This document shows, piece by piece, positions 1-8,141 of a DNA stretch of 64,000 nt. The first letter of the stretch is position 1. Each line of letters starts with the position of its first letter. The translations under genes were made by a program, and so were the position numbers. Origin of the DNA: Acidobacteriota bacterium (GTDB lineage: Bacteria; Acidobacteriota; Vicinamibacteria; Marinacidobacterales; Marinacidobacteraceae); assembly GCA_022820545.1 (NCBI GenBank), contig JAJEFG010000023.1, positions 14,761 to 78,760 of the forward strand, written 5' to 3'. The notes beneath the pieces are model-generated. The model was not told the origin of the DNA. It ran no database searches and saw only the letters and a list, made by a program, of their open reading frames with translations.

Positions 1-232
1 CCACCGGAAAGGCGCGGACCATGCGGCCGTAGCTCCGGGCGATCACGACCATCGCCAGCCCACCGAGCGCGATCCCCAGCGCCGCGCCGAGGGGGCCGGC
101 GGTCTCGAGGAAGTCGCCGGCGAGGATGAAACAGCCGAAGCCGATGACGCAGCCGAGCGCCAGCGACCCGACCTGCAGCGGCGCGAGGACCGGCCTGAGT
201 CGCGGGCGGTCGGTCAGGGGTGGGTCAGGCAA
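1..232 (-). CDS. amino acid permease (APC-type), N-terminal fragment running off the window edge
   Basis: Not in the ORF track because there is no stop inside the window. Reverse-strand translation reads ...LQVGSLALGCVIGFGCFILAGDFLETAGPLGAALGIALGGLAMVVIARSYGRMVRAFPV. This is a Gly-rich TM1/TM2 pattern typical of APC permeases, with G/C-rich third positions. The only in-frame start is TTG at 232, so the start is uncertain. Confidence 0.45.
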   Translation of the reverse strand, partial: MPDPPLTDRPRLRPVLAPLQVGSLALGCVIGFGCFILAGDFLETAGPLGAALGIALGGLAMVVIARSYGRMVRAFPV

Positions 233-325
233 GGGTCAGGTCCGGCAGGGTTCGGCCCGGTGGCGCGGATTATCCGGGTGCGGGGACATTGGTTGGTCGG
301 TTCGCGAATCCGTAGAGTTGCCATC

Positions 326-1528
326 ATGAGAGTTTCCCGACGCACCGTGTTGCAGTCGGCGCTGGCGCCCGCGGCGCTGGGTTGGGCCGGAAACGCCCGC
401 GCCGCGGCCCAGACCGCCGCCCGGCATTCCAGTTTCGACCCCTGGATCGAGATCCGGCCCGACCATGTCCGCCACAACGTCCGGGAGGTCAGCCGCCTCG
501 TGGAAGGCCGTCCCATCCTGGCGGTGATCAAGAACAACGCCTACGGGATGGGCCTACTCAACATGGCCCGGATCCTGGAATCCGAGACCGCCGTGATCGG
601 CATGGCGGTGGTGAAGCTGAGCGAGGCCCTCGAGCTCCGCGACGCCGGAATCGCCAAGCCGGTTCTCCTGATGGGCCCCTTCGACGACGCCGACCTCGAA
701 GCGGCGGTGATGCGCGACATCACCCCGATGGTCTATACGGAGGTGGGCGACGCGCTGGACCGGCTGGCGGCCCGGCGGCAGGCGGCGGTCCCGGTGCAGG
801 TCTGCGTGGACACCGGGATGGGCCGGGTCGGCATCTCGCACCGGCGCGCGGCCGGACTGATCGCCGATCTCGCCGGGCGCGGCGGGGTGGACCTCGCCGG
901 CACGATGACCACGCTGAACGAAGACCCCGAATTCGAGAAGCTGCAGCTCCAGCGGTTCCGGGAGGTCGAAGACACGCTCGCCGCCAGCGGGATCGCCATG
1001 GGCCGGCGGCACGCGGCGTCGAGCTACGGCCTGTTCGACAACCCGCCGGCCTACCTCGATGCGGTCCGGCCCGGCATGGCGCTCTTCGGTCAGTACTCCA
1101 CCCAGCGGTTCCGCGGGCTGGGTCTGCTCGACCTGCGGCCGTCCATGAGCCTCAAGGCGCGGGTGGCGCTGGTCAAGAAGCTGGAGCAGGGCGATACCGC
1201 CGGCTACGAGGCGGCCTACCGGGCGGACCGCGACGTCTGGATCGCGACGGTTCCCGCGGGTCACGTGGACGGGGTTCCCCGGGTGGCGGCCAACGGCGGG
1301 TGGGTGAGAATCCGCGATACGCGCTACCCGATCATCGCCAGCGTGTCGGCGAGCCACACGATCGTGGAGATCGGGCCGGAAAGGACCGTGGAGGCGGGTG
1401 ACGTCGCCGCCTACTTCGACTGGGAGGACGGTTCGCGGCCCGAGGACGCGAGCGCGGCCTCCGGCGCTTCCGTCTACGACCTCGTCATGCACCTCAACCC
1501 CACGCTCCCGAGGCGACTCGTCTCCTGA
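326..1528 (+). CDS. alr: alanine racemase with twin-arginine-type signal peptide
   Basis: PLP-lysine motif ILAVIKNNAYGMGL and overall Alr length. The ATG at 326 gives MRVSRRTVLQSALAPAALGWAGNARAAAQ, which looks like a Tat signal. The track ORF starts further upstream at GTG 260. Confidence 0.85.
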   Translation: MRVSRRTVLQSALAPAALGWAGNARAAAQTAARHSSFDPWIEIRPDHVRHNVREVSRLVEGRPILAVIKNNAYGMGLLNMARILESETAVIGMAVVKLSEALELRDAGIAKPVLLMGPFDDADLEAAVMRDITPMVYTEVGDALDRLAARRQAAVPVQVCVDTGMGRVGISHRRAAGLIADLAGRGGVDLAGTMTTLNEDPEFEKLQLQRFREVEDTLAASGIAMGRRHAASSYGLFDNPPAYLDAVRPGMALFGQYSTQRFRGLGLLDLRPSMSLKARVALVKKLEQGDTAGYEAAYRADRDVWIATVPAGHVDGVPRVAANGGWVRIRDTRYPIIASVSASHTIVEIGPERTVEAGDVAAYFDWEDGSRPEDASAASGASVYDLVMHLNPTLPRRLVS

Positions 1529-1683
1529 GGGGGTCTCCCGGCCGGACGGGGGGCGGCCTCGGCCCGGACGGAACAATCCCCGGCACAGCGACGTTCGATG
1601 TTCCATAACAAGCGCCGTTCCTTCAACATGAGAGTCCACTATCGGGCCCCCGGCGCTCCGGAAAAACCATCGAGGACGACTGA

Positions 1684-2418
1684 ATGGCGCGGCTGACCGA
1701 CTACCGGGTCCTGACTTTCGACTGCTACGGGACCCTGATCGACTGGGAGGCGGGGATCTGGGAGGCGCTCAAGCCGGTGATCCGGTCGAACGGCGCCGCG
1801 GGACTCACGCGCGACGAGGCGCTCCGCGCCTTCGCGCGCTTCGAGGGGCAGCACGAGCGCGCCACTCCGGACCTTGCCTATCCGGACCTCCTCGCCCGCG
1901 TGCACCGGGACCTGGCGGGGAGCTTCGGACTGCGGACGGACCGGGAACTCGACGCCGACTTCGGGCACTCCGTCCCCCGCTGGCCGGCGTTCCCCGACAG
2001 CGCGGCGGCCCTCGGGGTGCTGAAGCGCCACTTCCGCCTCGTCATCCTCTCGAACGTCCACCGCCGCGGCATCGCCGCCTCCGCCGGCAAGCTCGGCGTC
2101 GAGTTCGACGCCTTCTACACCGCCGAGGACATCGGCTCCTACAAGCCGGCGGACGCGAACTTCGAGTACCTGATCGACCACCTGAAGACCGACTTCGGGC
2201 TGGAGCGGGAGGAGGTCCTCCACACCGCGCAGAGCCTCCACCACGACCACGTCCCCGCGAACCGGTTCGGCCTCGCGAGCGCCTGGATCGACCGCCAGCG
2301 GCTCTCGGCGGGCGGCAGTTGGGGCGCGACCGCGAAGGTCGCCACCATGCCCCGGCTCGACTTCGTCTTCTTCACGCTCGGCGAGATGGCGGACGCGGTG
2401 ACGGCGGAAGTTGCCTAG
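1684..2418 (+). CDS. HAD-superfamily hydrolase (haloacid dehalogenase type II-like)
   Basis: N-terminal DxYGT motif (LTFDCYGTLIDWE), SNV motif II, and C-terminal YKPADANF lysine motif. Confidence 0.8.
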   Translation: MARLTDYRVLTFDCYGTLIDWEAGIWEALKPVIRSNGAAGLTRDEALRAFARFEGQHERATPDLAYPDLLARVHRDLAGSFGLRTDRELDADFGHSVPRWPAFPDSAAALGVLKRHFRLVILSNVHRRGIAASAGKLGVEFDAFYTAEDIGSYKPADANFEYLIDHLKTDFGLEREEVLHTAQSLHHDHVPANRFGLASAWIDRQRLSAGGSWGATAKVATMPRLDFVFFTLGEMADAVTAEVA

Positions 2419-2424
2419 CTGCGA

Positions 2425-3291
2425 TCAGCCCAGGATCGCCCGGTCCAGCACCAGGACCGCGATCAGGGCCGGCACGTAGGCGATGGACGCTTTCAGCACC
2501 CGCCGGGCGTCGGGCTTCCCCCGGCTCCAGCGGAACTCGGCGGCCGCGGTCATGAACCAGATGGCGAGCCCGGCGGCACCGACGAAGTAGATCCATCCCG
2601 CCAGCGACAGCGCGACGGGCCAGAGGCTCAGCGCGGCCAGCAGGACCGTGAAGAAGAGCGTCTGCCGGACCGTTGAACGACCCGAGGGATCCACCGCCGG
2701 GAGCATCACGAAGCCCCCCTGCCCGTAGTCCTCGCGGTACATCCAGGCGAGCGGCAGGAAGTGCGCCATCTGCCAGGCGACCAGGATCGAGAACATCGCG
2801 ACGCCGCCCCAGCCGACGGAACCGGTGGCCGCGGTCCAGCCACAGAGCGCCGGCAGGGCGCCCGGGACGGTCCCGACGAGGGTGTTCCAGTGCGTCCGGC
2901 GCTTCAGGGGTGTGTAGACGAAGACGTAGAGGAGGACGGTCAGGAGGGTCAGGCCTCCCGTCAGGGGGTTGACGGCCAGTCCGAGCACCGCGGTTCCCGC
3001 CGCCGCCAACCCGAGCCCGCTGCCGAGCGCTGCCGCCGGCGCGAGGCGGCCCGACGGCAGCGGGCGCCCCCGGGTGCGGCGCATGCCGGCGTCCTCCTCC
3101 CGCTCGATCCAGTGGTTGAGGGCGCCGGCGCCCCCGCTGGCGAGCGTGACGCCGAGGAGGAGCAACAGGAGCCGGCCCCAGTCGAAGTACTCCGCCGGCG
3201 CCAGCACGAAGCCTCCCGCCGACGACAGGGCGACGACGAGGGCGATCTCGGGTTTCGTGAGTTCGAGATACGGGGTGAGATTCGGTCGCAC
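2425..3291 (-). CDS. ctaB: protoheme IX farnesyltransferase (heme O synthase)
   Basis: N-terminus YLELTKPEIALVV and a multi-TM UbiA-type prenyltransferase pattern. GTG start lies 3 nt after the ctaA stop. Confidence 0.9.
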   Translation of the reverse strand: MRPNLTPYLELTKPEIALVVALSSAGGFVLAPAEYFDWGRLLLLLLGVTLASGGAGALNHWIEREEDAGMRRTRGRPLPSGRLAPAAALGSGLGLAAAGTAVLGLAVNPLTGGLTLLTVLLYVFVYTPLKRRTHWNTLVGTVPGALPALCGWTAATGSVGWGGVAMFSILVAWQMAHFLPLAWMYREDYGQGGFVMLPAVDPSGRSTVRQTLFFTVLLAALSLWPVALSLAGWIYFVGAAGLAIWFMTAAAEFRWSRGKPDARRVLKASIAYVPALIAVLVLDRAILG

Positions 3292-3294
3292 GGG

Positions 3295-4224
3295 TCAGCC
3301 GGCCGGGGCCGGTCTTCGGCCCCAGCGGTGCGCGGCGAGCACGGCGAGCACCGAACCGGCCATCACCAGGGCCCCGATCACCGCGTGGGCGGTGTTCACG
3401 ACCACCTGCAGGTTGCTCGGCTGCAGCATCCCGGCGTCATCGAGGGTGACGAAGTACGCAGTGAGCCCCAGGATCAGTTGCAGGTCCACGAGTCCGGCGA
3501 GGACCCAGGCCCCCCGGTAGAGCACGCGCGACTCCCGAAACCCGTCCCAGACCCGGAGCAGGAAGGCGGCCACCACCGCCGCGACCAGCACCGCCCCGCC
3601 GATGTGAAACCCAACGAGCCACGGGTGGATCCCGGTGCCGGGATGGCGGAGGAGCGCGCCGAGAATGATCTGGAGCCAGACGGCGGCGGGGGCGGCGAGT
3701 GCGAGCCGCCAGAGGCGGTGGTCGCGGGGACCGTCCCTCGCGGCATCGATGGTCAGCCACCACTTCGAGGTGAACGCCGCCAGCATCACGACCAGCCCGA
3801 GGAAGAGTTGCGCCGTCGCGGCGTGGACCACGGCCAGGTCGAGCGACAGCCATACCACCCGCAGCCCGCCCAGCAGGCCCTGGAACGACACGAGGGCGAG
3901 CGCGCCGACCGCGACCCAGCGGAGCCAGCGGCGGGACTCGGCGAACCAGGTCCAGACCGCGAGGACGGTGGTCAGGAGTCCGACCAGCATCCCGAGCAGC
4001 CGGTGGCCGTGCTCGGCCAGCAGCGGCGTGACCCGCCACCAGCCGGGCCAGGGATTGAAGGGGTCGTAGGAGTCGTAGGACGACGGCCAGTCGGGGACGG
4101 CGAGACCCGCCTCGATGCTGGTGACGAAGGCGCCCCATCCCATCAGCACGAGGGTGGAGAGCGCCGTCACGATGGTGAACCGGCGCCGCCACCGCATCCC
4201 TGCCGCGCTCGAATCGTTCGTCAT
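3295..4224 (-). CDS. ctaA: heme A synthase (COX15/CtaA family)
   Basis: GAFVTSIEAGLAVPDWPSSY motif, conserved His in the TM helices, and position immediately upstream of ctaB. Confidence 0.85.
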   Translation of the reverse strand: MTNDSSAAGMRWRRRFTIVTALSTLVLMGWGAFVTSIEAGLAVPDWPSSYDSYDPFNPWPGWWRVTPLLAEHGHRLLGMLVGLLTTVLAVWTWFAESRRWLRWVAVGALALVSFQGLLGGLRVVWLSLDLAVVHAATAQLFLGLVVMLAAFTSKWWLTIDAARDGPRDHRLWRLALAAPAAVWLQIILGALLRHPGTGIHPWLVGFHIGGAVLVAAVVAAFLLRVWDGFRESRVLYRGAWVLAGLVDLQLILGLTAYFVTLDDAGMLQPSNLQVVVNTAHAVIGALVMAGSVLAVLAAHRWGRRPAPAG

Positions 4225-4254
4225 CCCGAAGCGGCGAAACGATAGCCGTGCGAC

Positions 4255-4752
4255 TCAGCTCCGCGCCCGGTAGAACGTGATCAGGTCCTGACTCGGCGGC
4301 GGTTCCGCGCCGAGCTGGCGGAGCATGGTCGTCACCTGCCCGCGGTGGTAGCTGGCGTGGTTCACGACGTGCTGCAGCATTTCCCAGAAGACCGAGCGCA
4401 CCGGGCGGCCGCCGAGGGCGGCGTACTCGATCTCGCGGCCGATTCCGTCCGGCCCGAGACCGTGGACGAAGTCCCGCACCCGCTGCTCTTCCTCCTCCCA
4501 GCGGGTCCGGATGTCCTGCACCGTCCCGAAGTCCTCGGGCGCCAGGTGCGCGCTCGGGCCGTCACCCTCCCAGCGCGAGCACCAGATCCATTCGGCCGAG
4601 ACGAGGTGGACGAGCGTGCTGCGGATGGAACCGAAGCTGTTGCCGAGGTCGCGGTGGAAGTCGAGGGGCGGAATCCGCGCGACCGCGGCGAGCAACCGGT
4701 CCCGGGCCCAGTAGTGGTAGTCGAGGAGTGCGATCAGGGCTTCGTGGTTCAT
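4255..4752 (-). CDS. DinB-family metal-dependent protein
   Basis: DYHYWARDRLL ... STLVHLVSAEWIW ... HVVNHASYHRGQV, which is the His-triad four-helix DinB pattern. Confidence 0.8.
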   Translation of the reverse strand: MNHEALIALLDYHYWARDRLLAAVARIPPLDFHRDLGNSFGSIRSTLVHLVSAEWIWCSRWEGDGPSAHLAPEDFGTVQDIRTRWEEEEQRVRDFVHGLGPDGIGREIEYAALGGRPVRSVFWEMLQHVVNHASYHRGQVTTMLRQLGAEPPPSQDLITFYRARS

Positions 4753-4810
4753 GGCCGCAGCCTACCGCCGCAGTCCTGACTGCGAAGTCTCCGCGATACC
4801 TTAGGACGCC

Positions 4811-5413
4811 ATGACGCTGGCCCAGTTGCTCGCCTTCAACGTCACGCTGCTGGTGGCGATGTTCAGCCCCGGGCCGGCGCTGCTGGTCGCGGTCCAGACC
4901 AACCTGAGCTCGGGACGCCGGGCCGGGGTCGCCGTCGGGGGCGGCCTCGGCCTGATGGCGGCGACCTGGACGCTGATGGCGCTCGCCGGTTTCGCGGCGG
5001 TCTTCGAGGTGTTCCCGGCGGCGTACGCGGGCGCCCGGATCGCCGGGGCGCTCTATCTCCTCTACGTCGCCTTCCGGATGTGGCGGGGCGCCTCGGCGCC
5101 CCCGGGCGCGCTGCCGGAGCCCGCGCGCCGCGCCTTCCGTCAGGGCCTCTTCATCAACGTCTTCAATCCGAAGGCGGTCCTCTTCGCGGCGGCGGTCCTC
5201 ATCGCGATCTTCCCCGGCGGGCTGGGCGCCGTGAACAGTCTCCTGATCGCCGCCAACCACCTCCTGATCGAGCTCTCCTTCTACACGGCCCTCGCCCTCT
5301 GCCTGAGTACCGAGGCGGTCGCCGGACGCTACCTGCGGGCAAAGACCTGGATCGACCGCGGCGCGGCGGCGGTCCTCGCCGCGCTGGGCCTGCGGATCCT
5401 GCTCAGCCGCTGA
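4811..5413 (+). CDS. LysE/RhtB-family amino-acid exporter
   Basis: 200 aa with six hydrophobic segments, N-terminal SPGPA motif and FINVFNPKAVLF motif. Confidence 0.85.
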   Translation: MTLAQLLAFNVTLLVAMFSPGPALLVAVQTNLSSGRRAGVAVGGGLGLMAATWTLMALAGFAAVFEVFPAAYAGARIAGALYLLYVAFRMWRGASAPPGALPEPARRAFRQGLFINVFNPKAVLFAAAVLIAIFPGGLGAVNSLLIAANHLLIELSFYTALALCLSTEAVAGRYLRAKTWIDRGAAAVLAALGLRILLSR

Positions 5414-5426
5414 GGCCCGGATGGCT

Positions 5427-5480
5427 CGGAGCGCCGGCCTCCGGCCGGCATCGACGCCCGCAGGGCGGCGAAACCCGCAC
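5427..5480 (+). repeat. REP-like two-hairpin element, copy 1
   Basis: CGGAGCGCCGGCCTCCGGCCGGCATCG core (7-bp stem GCCGGCC/GGCCGGC), then a second hairpin CGCCC-GCA-GGGCG, then GAAACCCGCAC. It lies 14 nt after the LysE stop. Confidence 0.7.
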
Positions 5481-5502
5481 TCGGGGAAGAGTGTCCGACC
5501 GC

Positions 5503-6084
5503 CTACCGGTCGTGCATGCCCTTTCCCTCAAAGATACGCGCCGCGTGTTTCTCGATCCGCGCCGCACGCGTCTTCGATTGTTTCGCCGCGCCGAAGAAGA
5601 GGTTGTATCCCCGCTGCCGCCCCGGCGTCAGCGCCTCGAAGGCCGCCTTGAATTCAGGGTCCGCCTCCATCTTCGCGAGGAGTTCGGCCACCAGTTCCAG
5701 TTCGCGCTTCTCTTTGAAGTCCACCCGCAGGCCGGCCCGTTCCACCTCGATGGCGTTCAGAAGGGTGGCCCTGATGATCGGTTCCTTCTGCTCGATGTCC
5801 TCGACGCTCGTGAAACGCAGTTGACGGGACGCCTGTGAGTGCGGCCCCGGCGGAACGAGCAGGCCGTGCGGGTTGTCCAGCAGGGAGCCCTTGAAGAAAC
5901 CGAGGTCACAGGTGTTCTTGAACCCCGCGAGGATGACCACGTTCGCTCCCTGATACGTGTAGCAGGGCTCGCGCCACTTCAGCTCTTCCGCGAGGGGGAA
6001 ATCCAGGAGGATCGCCCGAAGCCGCTGCTTCTCCGCCCGCCAGGTCCTGGTGTGCTGGAAATACCGGTCGAGTCTGGAAGTCAT
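5503..6084 (-). CDS. DUF1801 / YdeI (OmpD-associated) family protein
   Basis: C-terminal ALTPGRQRGYNLFFGAAKQSKTRAARIEK, typical of the YdeI domain. The N-terminal half resembles DUF1801. Confidence 0.7.
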   Translation of the reverse strand: MTSRLDRYFQHTRTWRAEKQRLRAILLDFPLAEELKWREPCYTYQGANVVILAGFKNTCDLGFFKGSLLDNPHGLLVPPGPHSQASRQLRFTSVEDIEQKEPIIRATLLNAIEVERAGLRVDFKEKRELELVAELLAKMEADPEFKAAFEALTPGRQRGYNLFFGAAKQSKTRAARIEKHAARIFEGKGMHDR

Positions 6085-6090
6085 GGCGAA

Positions 6091-7266
6091 TCACCAGTCC
6101 CTTAGCAATGCCGCCATCTCGGGCAGGCTGATCGCTTCCACGCCGTCACCCGTCGGGTACCGGTGCCGGCCGCCATGTACAACGAGAGCTCGTTCCACCC
6201 CAAGGTCGGCGCAAGCGTTCGCGAATCCGCGGGAGACCTTTGGAGCCGAGCCGCGCCTGATCTCGATGGCCCACGGATCGCGGCGACCGGGAAGGTCGAG
6301 GACCAGATCCACTTCCGCGCCGTTGGAGGTCCGGTAGTAGGACGGCAACGTCATCCACGGCGCCGCGGCCAGCAGCGTCTCGATGGCGAATCCCTCCCAG
6401 CTCGCTCCGACGGCCGGGTGGGCCGCCAGGGAGTGAAAGTCGCTCAGCCCGAGCAGCGCATGCGTCAGGCCGCTGTCGCGGATGTACACCTTCGGCGCTC
6501 TCACCAGCCGCTTCTTCACGTTCGCGTGCCGCGGGCGAAGCCGCCGCACGAGCAGCATCCCCTCCAGGAGGTCGAGGTGGGCATTGACCGTTTTCGTGCT
6601 CAGCATCAGGCTGCCCGCCAGCCTCGCCAGATTCAGCGTTCCGCCCTGGCTGTGCGCGAGCATGGTCCACAGCCGCTCCAGCAGCAGCGCCGGCGCCCGC
6701 GGCCGGAACTGGAGGAAATCGCGCTCGAGATAGGCGCGGATCAGGTCCCGCCGAAACCGCAGGCTCTCCTCATCGCTTCCCGCGAGGAAGCTGGGTGGCA
6801 ACCCGCCCCGCACCCAAAGCCGCGTCACGGCTTCCGCATCGGAACCGACCTCGAGCACGTCGAGCGGGCCGAGATCGACGTACGCGATCCGACCGGCCAG
6901 GCTCTCCGACTGCCGGAGCAGCGAGGTGGAGGCCGAGCCCAGCACCAGGAACCGCCCGGTTCCCTTTCCTTTTCGCCGCCCCTCGTCAATGTGCCCGCGC
7001 AGCTCGGGAAACAGCTCGGGCGTCCGGTGAATCTCGTCGAGCACCACGAGCCGATCTTCGTGGGCGCGAACGAAACCGGCCACGTCTTCCAGGCGCCGGC
7101 GGTCCTCGGACAGCTCCAGATCCAGGTAAACGGCGTCGCGGCCCCCGGCGATTCGCCGCGCGAGGGTCGTCTTCCCGGACTGGCGCGGCCCGAGCAGTGC
7201 CACCGCCGCCTGTCGGCGAAGCTCCGCCTCGATCTCGCCGGTCAGGCGTCGCGGCACATAATCCAT
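6091..7266 (-). CDS. AAA ATPase with DUF4143-type PD-(D/E)xK-like C-terminal domain
   Basis: Walker A GPRQSGKTT, Walker B LVVLDEIH, and C-terminal EVDLVLD...WAIEIRRG nuclease-like motif. Confidence 0.85.
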   Translation of the reverse strand: MDYVPRRLTGEIEAELRRQAAVALLGPRQSGKTTLARRIAGGRDAVYLDLELSEDRRRLEDVAGFVRAHEDRLVVLDEIHRTPELFPELRGHIDEGRRKGKGTGRFLVLGSASTSLLRQSESLAGRIAYVDLGPLDVLEVGSDAEAVTRLWVRGGLPPSFLAGSDEESLRFRRDLIRAYLERDFLQFRPRAPALLLERLWTMLAHSQGGTLNLARLAGSLMLSTKTVNAHLDLLEGMLLVRRLRPRHANVKKRLVRAPKVYIRDSGLTHALLGLSDFHSLAAHPAVGASWEGFAIETLLAAAPWMTLPSYYRTSNGAEVDLVLDLPGRRDPWAIEIRRGSAPKVSRGFANACADLGVERALVVHGGRHRYPTGDGVEAISLPEMAALLRDW

Positions 7267-7293
7267 GCACTTAGTGTATCGAAAGTCTGTATT

Positions 7294-7315
7294 TGCATGG
7301 TTATGAACCCATGCA
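7294..7315. promoter_or_regulatory. palindrome TGCATGG-N8-CCATGCA upstream of the ATPase gene (possible operator)
   Basis: Perfect 7-bp inverted repeat in an AT-richer stretch. A third CCATGCA half-site overlaps the ATPase start codon (7263-7269). Function is purely inferred. Confidence 0.2.
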
Positions 7316-7471
7316 GCAGACGGGACAACCCGGTGGTATCCGGGTGGCGTTCAAGCGGAGAACCATCTCGGCTTGATCGGCCGTGGAAGGAAGAGCGGCA
7401 GCCACCCGCCGTTGGTGAAGTCCTGCTCGAAGTGCTGGACCTCCGGGTTCCCCACCAGCGATTCCGTGCGG

Positions 7472-7747
7472 TTACTTCATCTTCTGCCGTTCGGCCTCCC
7501 GCTGGGCCTGCACGTAGGTTTCGAGCACGCGGTTCATGCGGGTCTGGTAGCCCTTACCCGGTCGCTTGAACCACTGAAGCACCGAGTTGCGGACCCGGAG
7601 AGAGATCTGCTCGGTGCGGTCCGGTTCAACGAGTCTCGCCTCCCGCCAGAAGGTCTCGTCGAGCTCGGGAATCTCGCCGAAGTCGATGTCCTTGTCCCGG
7701 ACCGCTCGGATCTGATCGGGTTCAAGTGGTTTCTCGAAGGTACTCAT
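7472..7747 (-). CDS. brnA: BrnA-family antitoxin
   Basis: DIDFGEIPELDETFW ... ISLRVRNSVLQWFKRPGKGYQTRMNRVL is the BrnA signature. It lies downstream of brnT and overlaps it by 26 nt. Confidence 0.85.
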   Translation of the reverse strand: MSTFEKPLEPDQIRAVRDKDIDFGEIPELDETFWREARLVEPDRTEQISLRVRNSVLQWFKRPGKGYQTRMNRVLETYVQAQREAERQKMK

Positions 7748-8006
7748 GCCAAGCCTGCCTCTCGCTCCTGGACGCGGGACGGGCGGAGATCAGCCGAATG
7801 CGGCCTTCTCTCCTGGTATGGGCGACCACAACCACAGCCAAGCCGTCCACCTCTCCCACGCTCACGTAACGGTCCTCCCCGTAGTCTCGACGGAGGTCGA
7901 GTCGGGTCAGATGCGGCCTCTCGAAGACTCTGCGGGCGATCTCGAAGCTCACGCCGTGCTTGCGGATGTTGGCGCCATTCTTCCTGTCGTCCCATTCGAA
8001 CTCCAT
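7722..8006 (-). CDS. brnT: BrnT-family (DUF497) ribonuclease toxin
   Basis: MEFEWDDRKNGANIRKHGVSFE ... RIRLISARPASRSE is the canonical BrnT pattern. Toxin-first gene order. Confidence 0.9.
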   Translation of the reverse strand: MEFEWDDRKNGANIRKHGVSFEIARRVFERPHLTRLDLRRDYGEDRYVSVGEVDGLAVVVVAHTRREGRIRLISARPASRSERQAWHEYLRETT

Positions 8007-8012
8007 CGGGCC

Positions 8013-8022
8013 TGTATATACA
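8013..8022. promoter_or_regulatory. perfect palindrome TGTATATACA just upstream of brnT (candidate BrnTA operator)
   Basis: 10-bp self-complementary AT-rich sequence 7 nt from the brnT ATG, in an otherwise GC-rich genome. A TATAAC-like -10 element lies nearby on the minus strand. Confidence 0.25.
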
Positions 8023-8141
8023 AATGGTAGTTATAGCACGCGCCGCAGAGGCCTTCGGTGTACCACGCGGTCATGCACCTCAACCCCACGTGGCCACAGA
8101 GGGTTGCGACCTGACCCCCCGGTTTCTCGGCGGTCTCTTCC

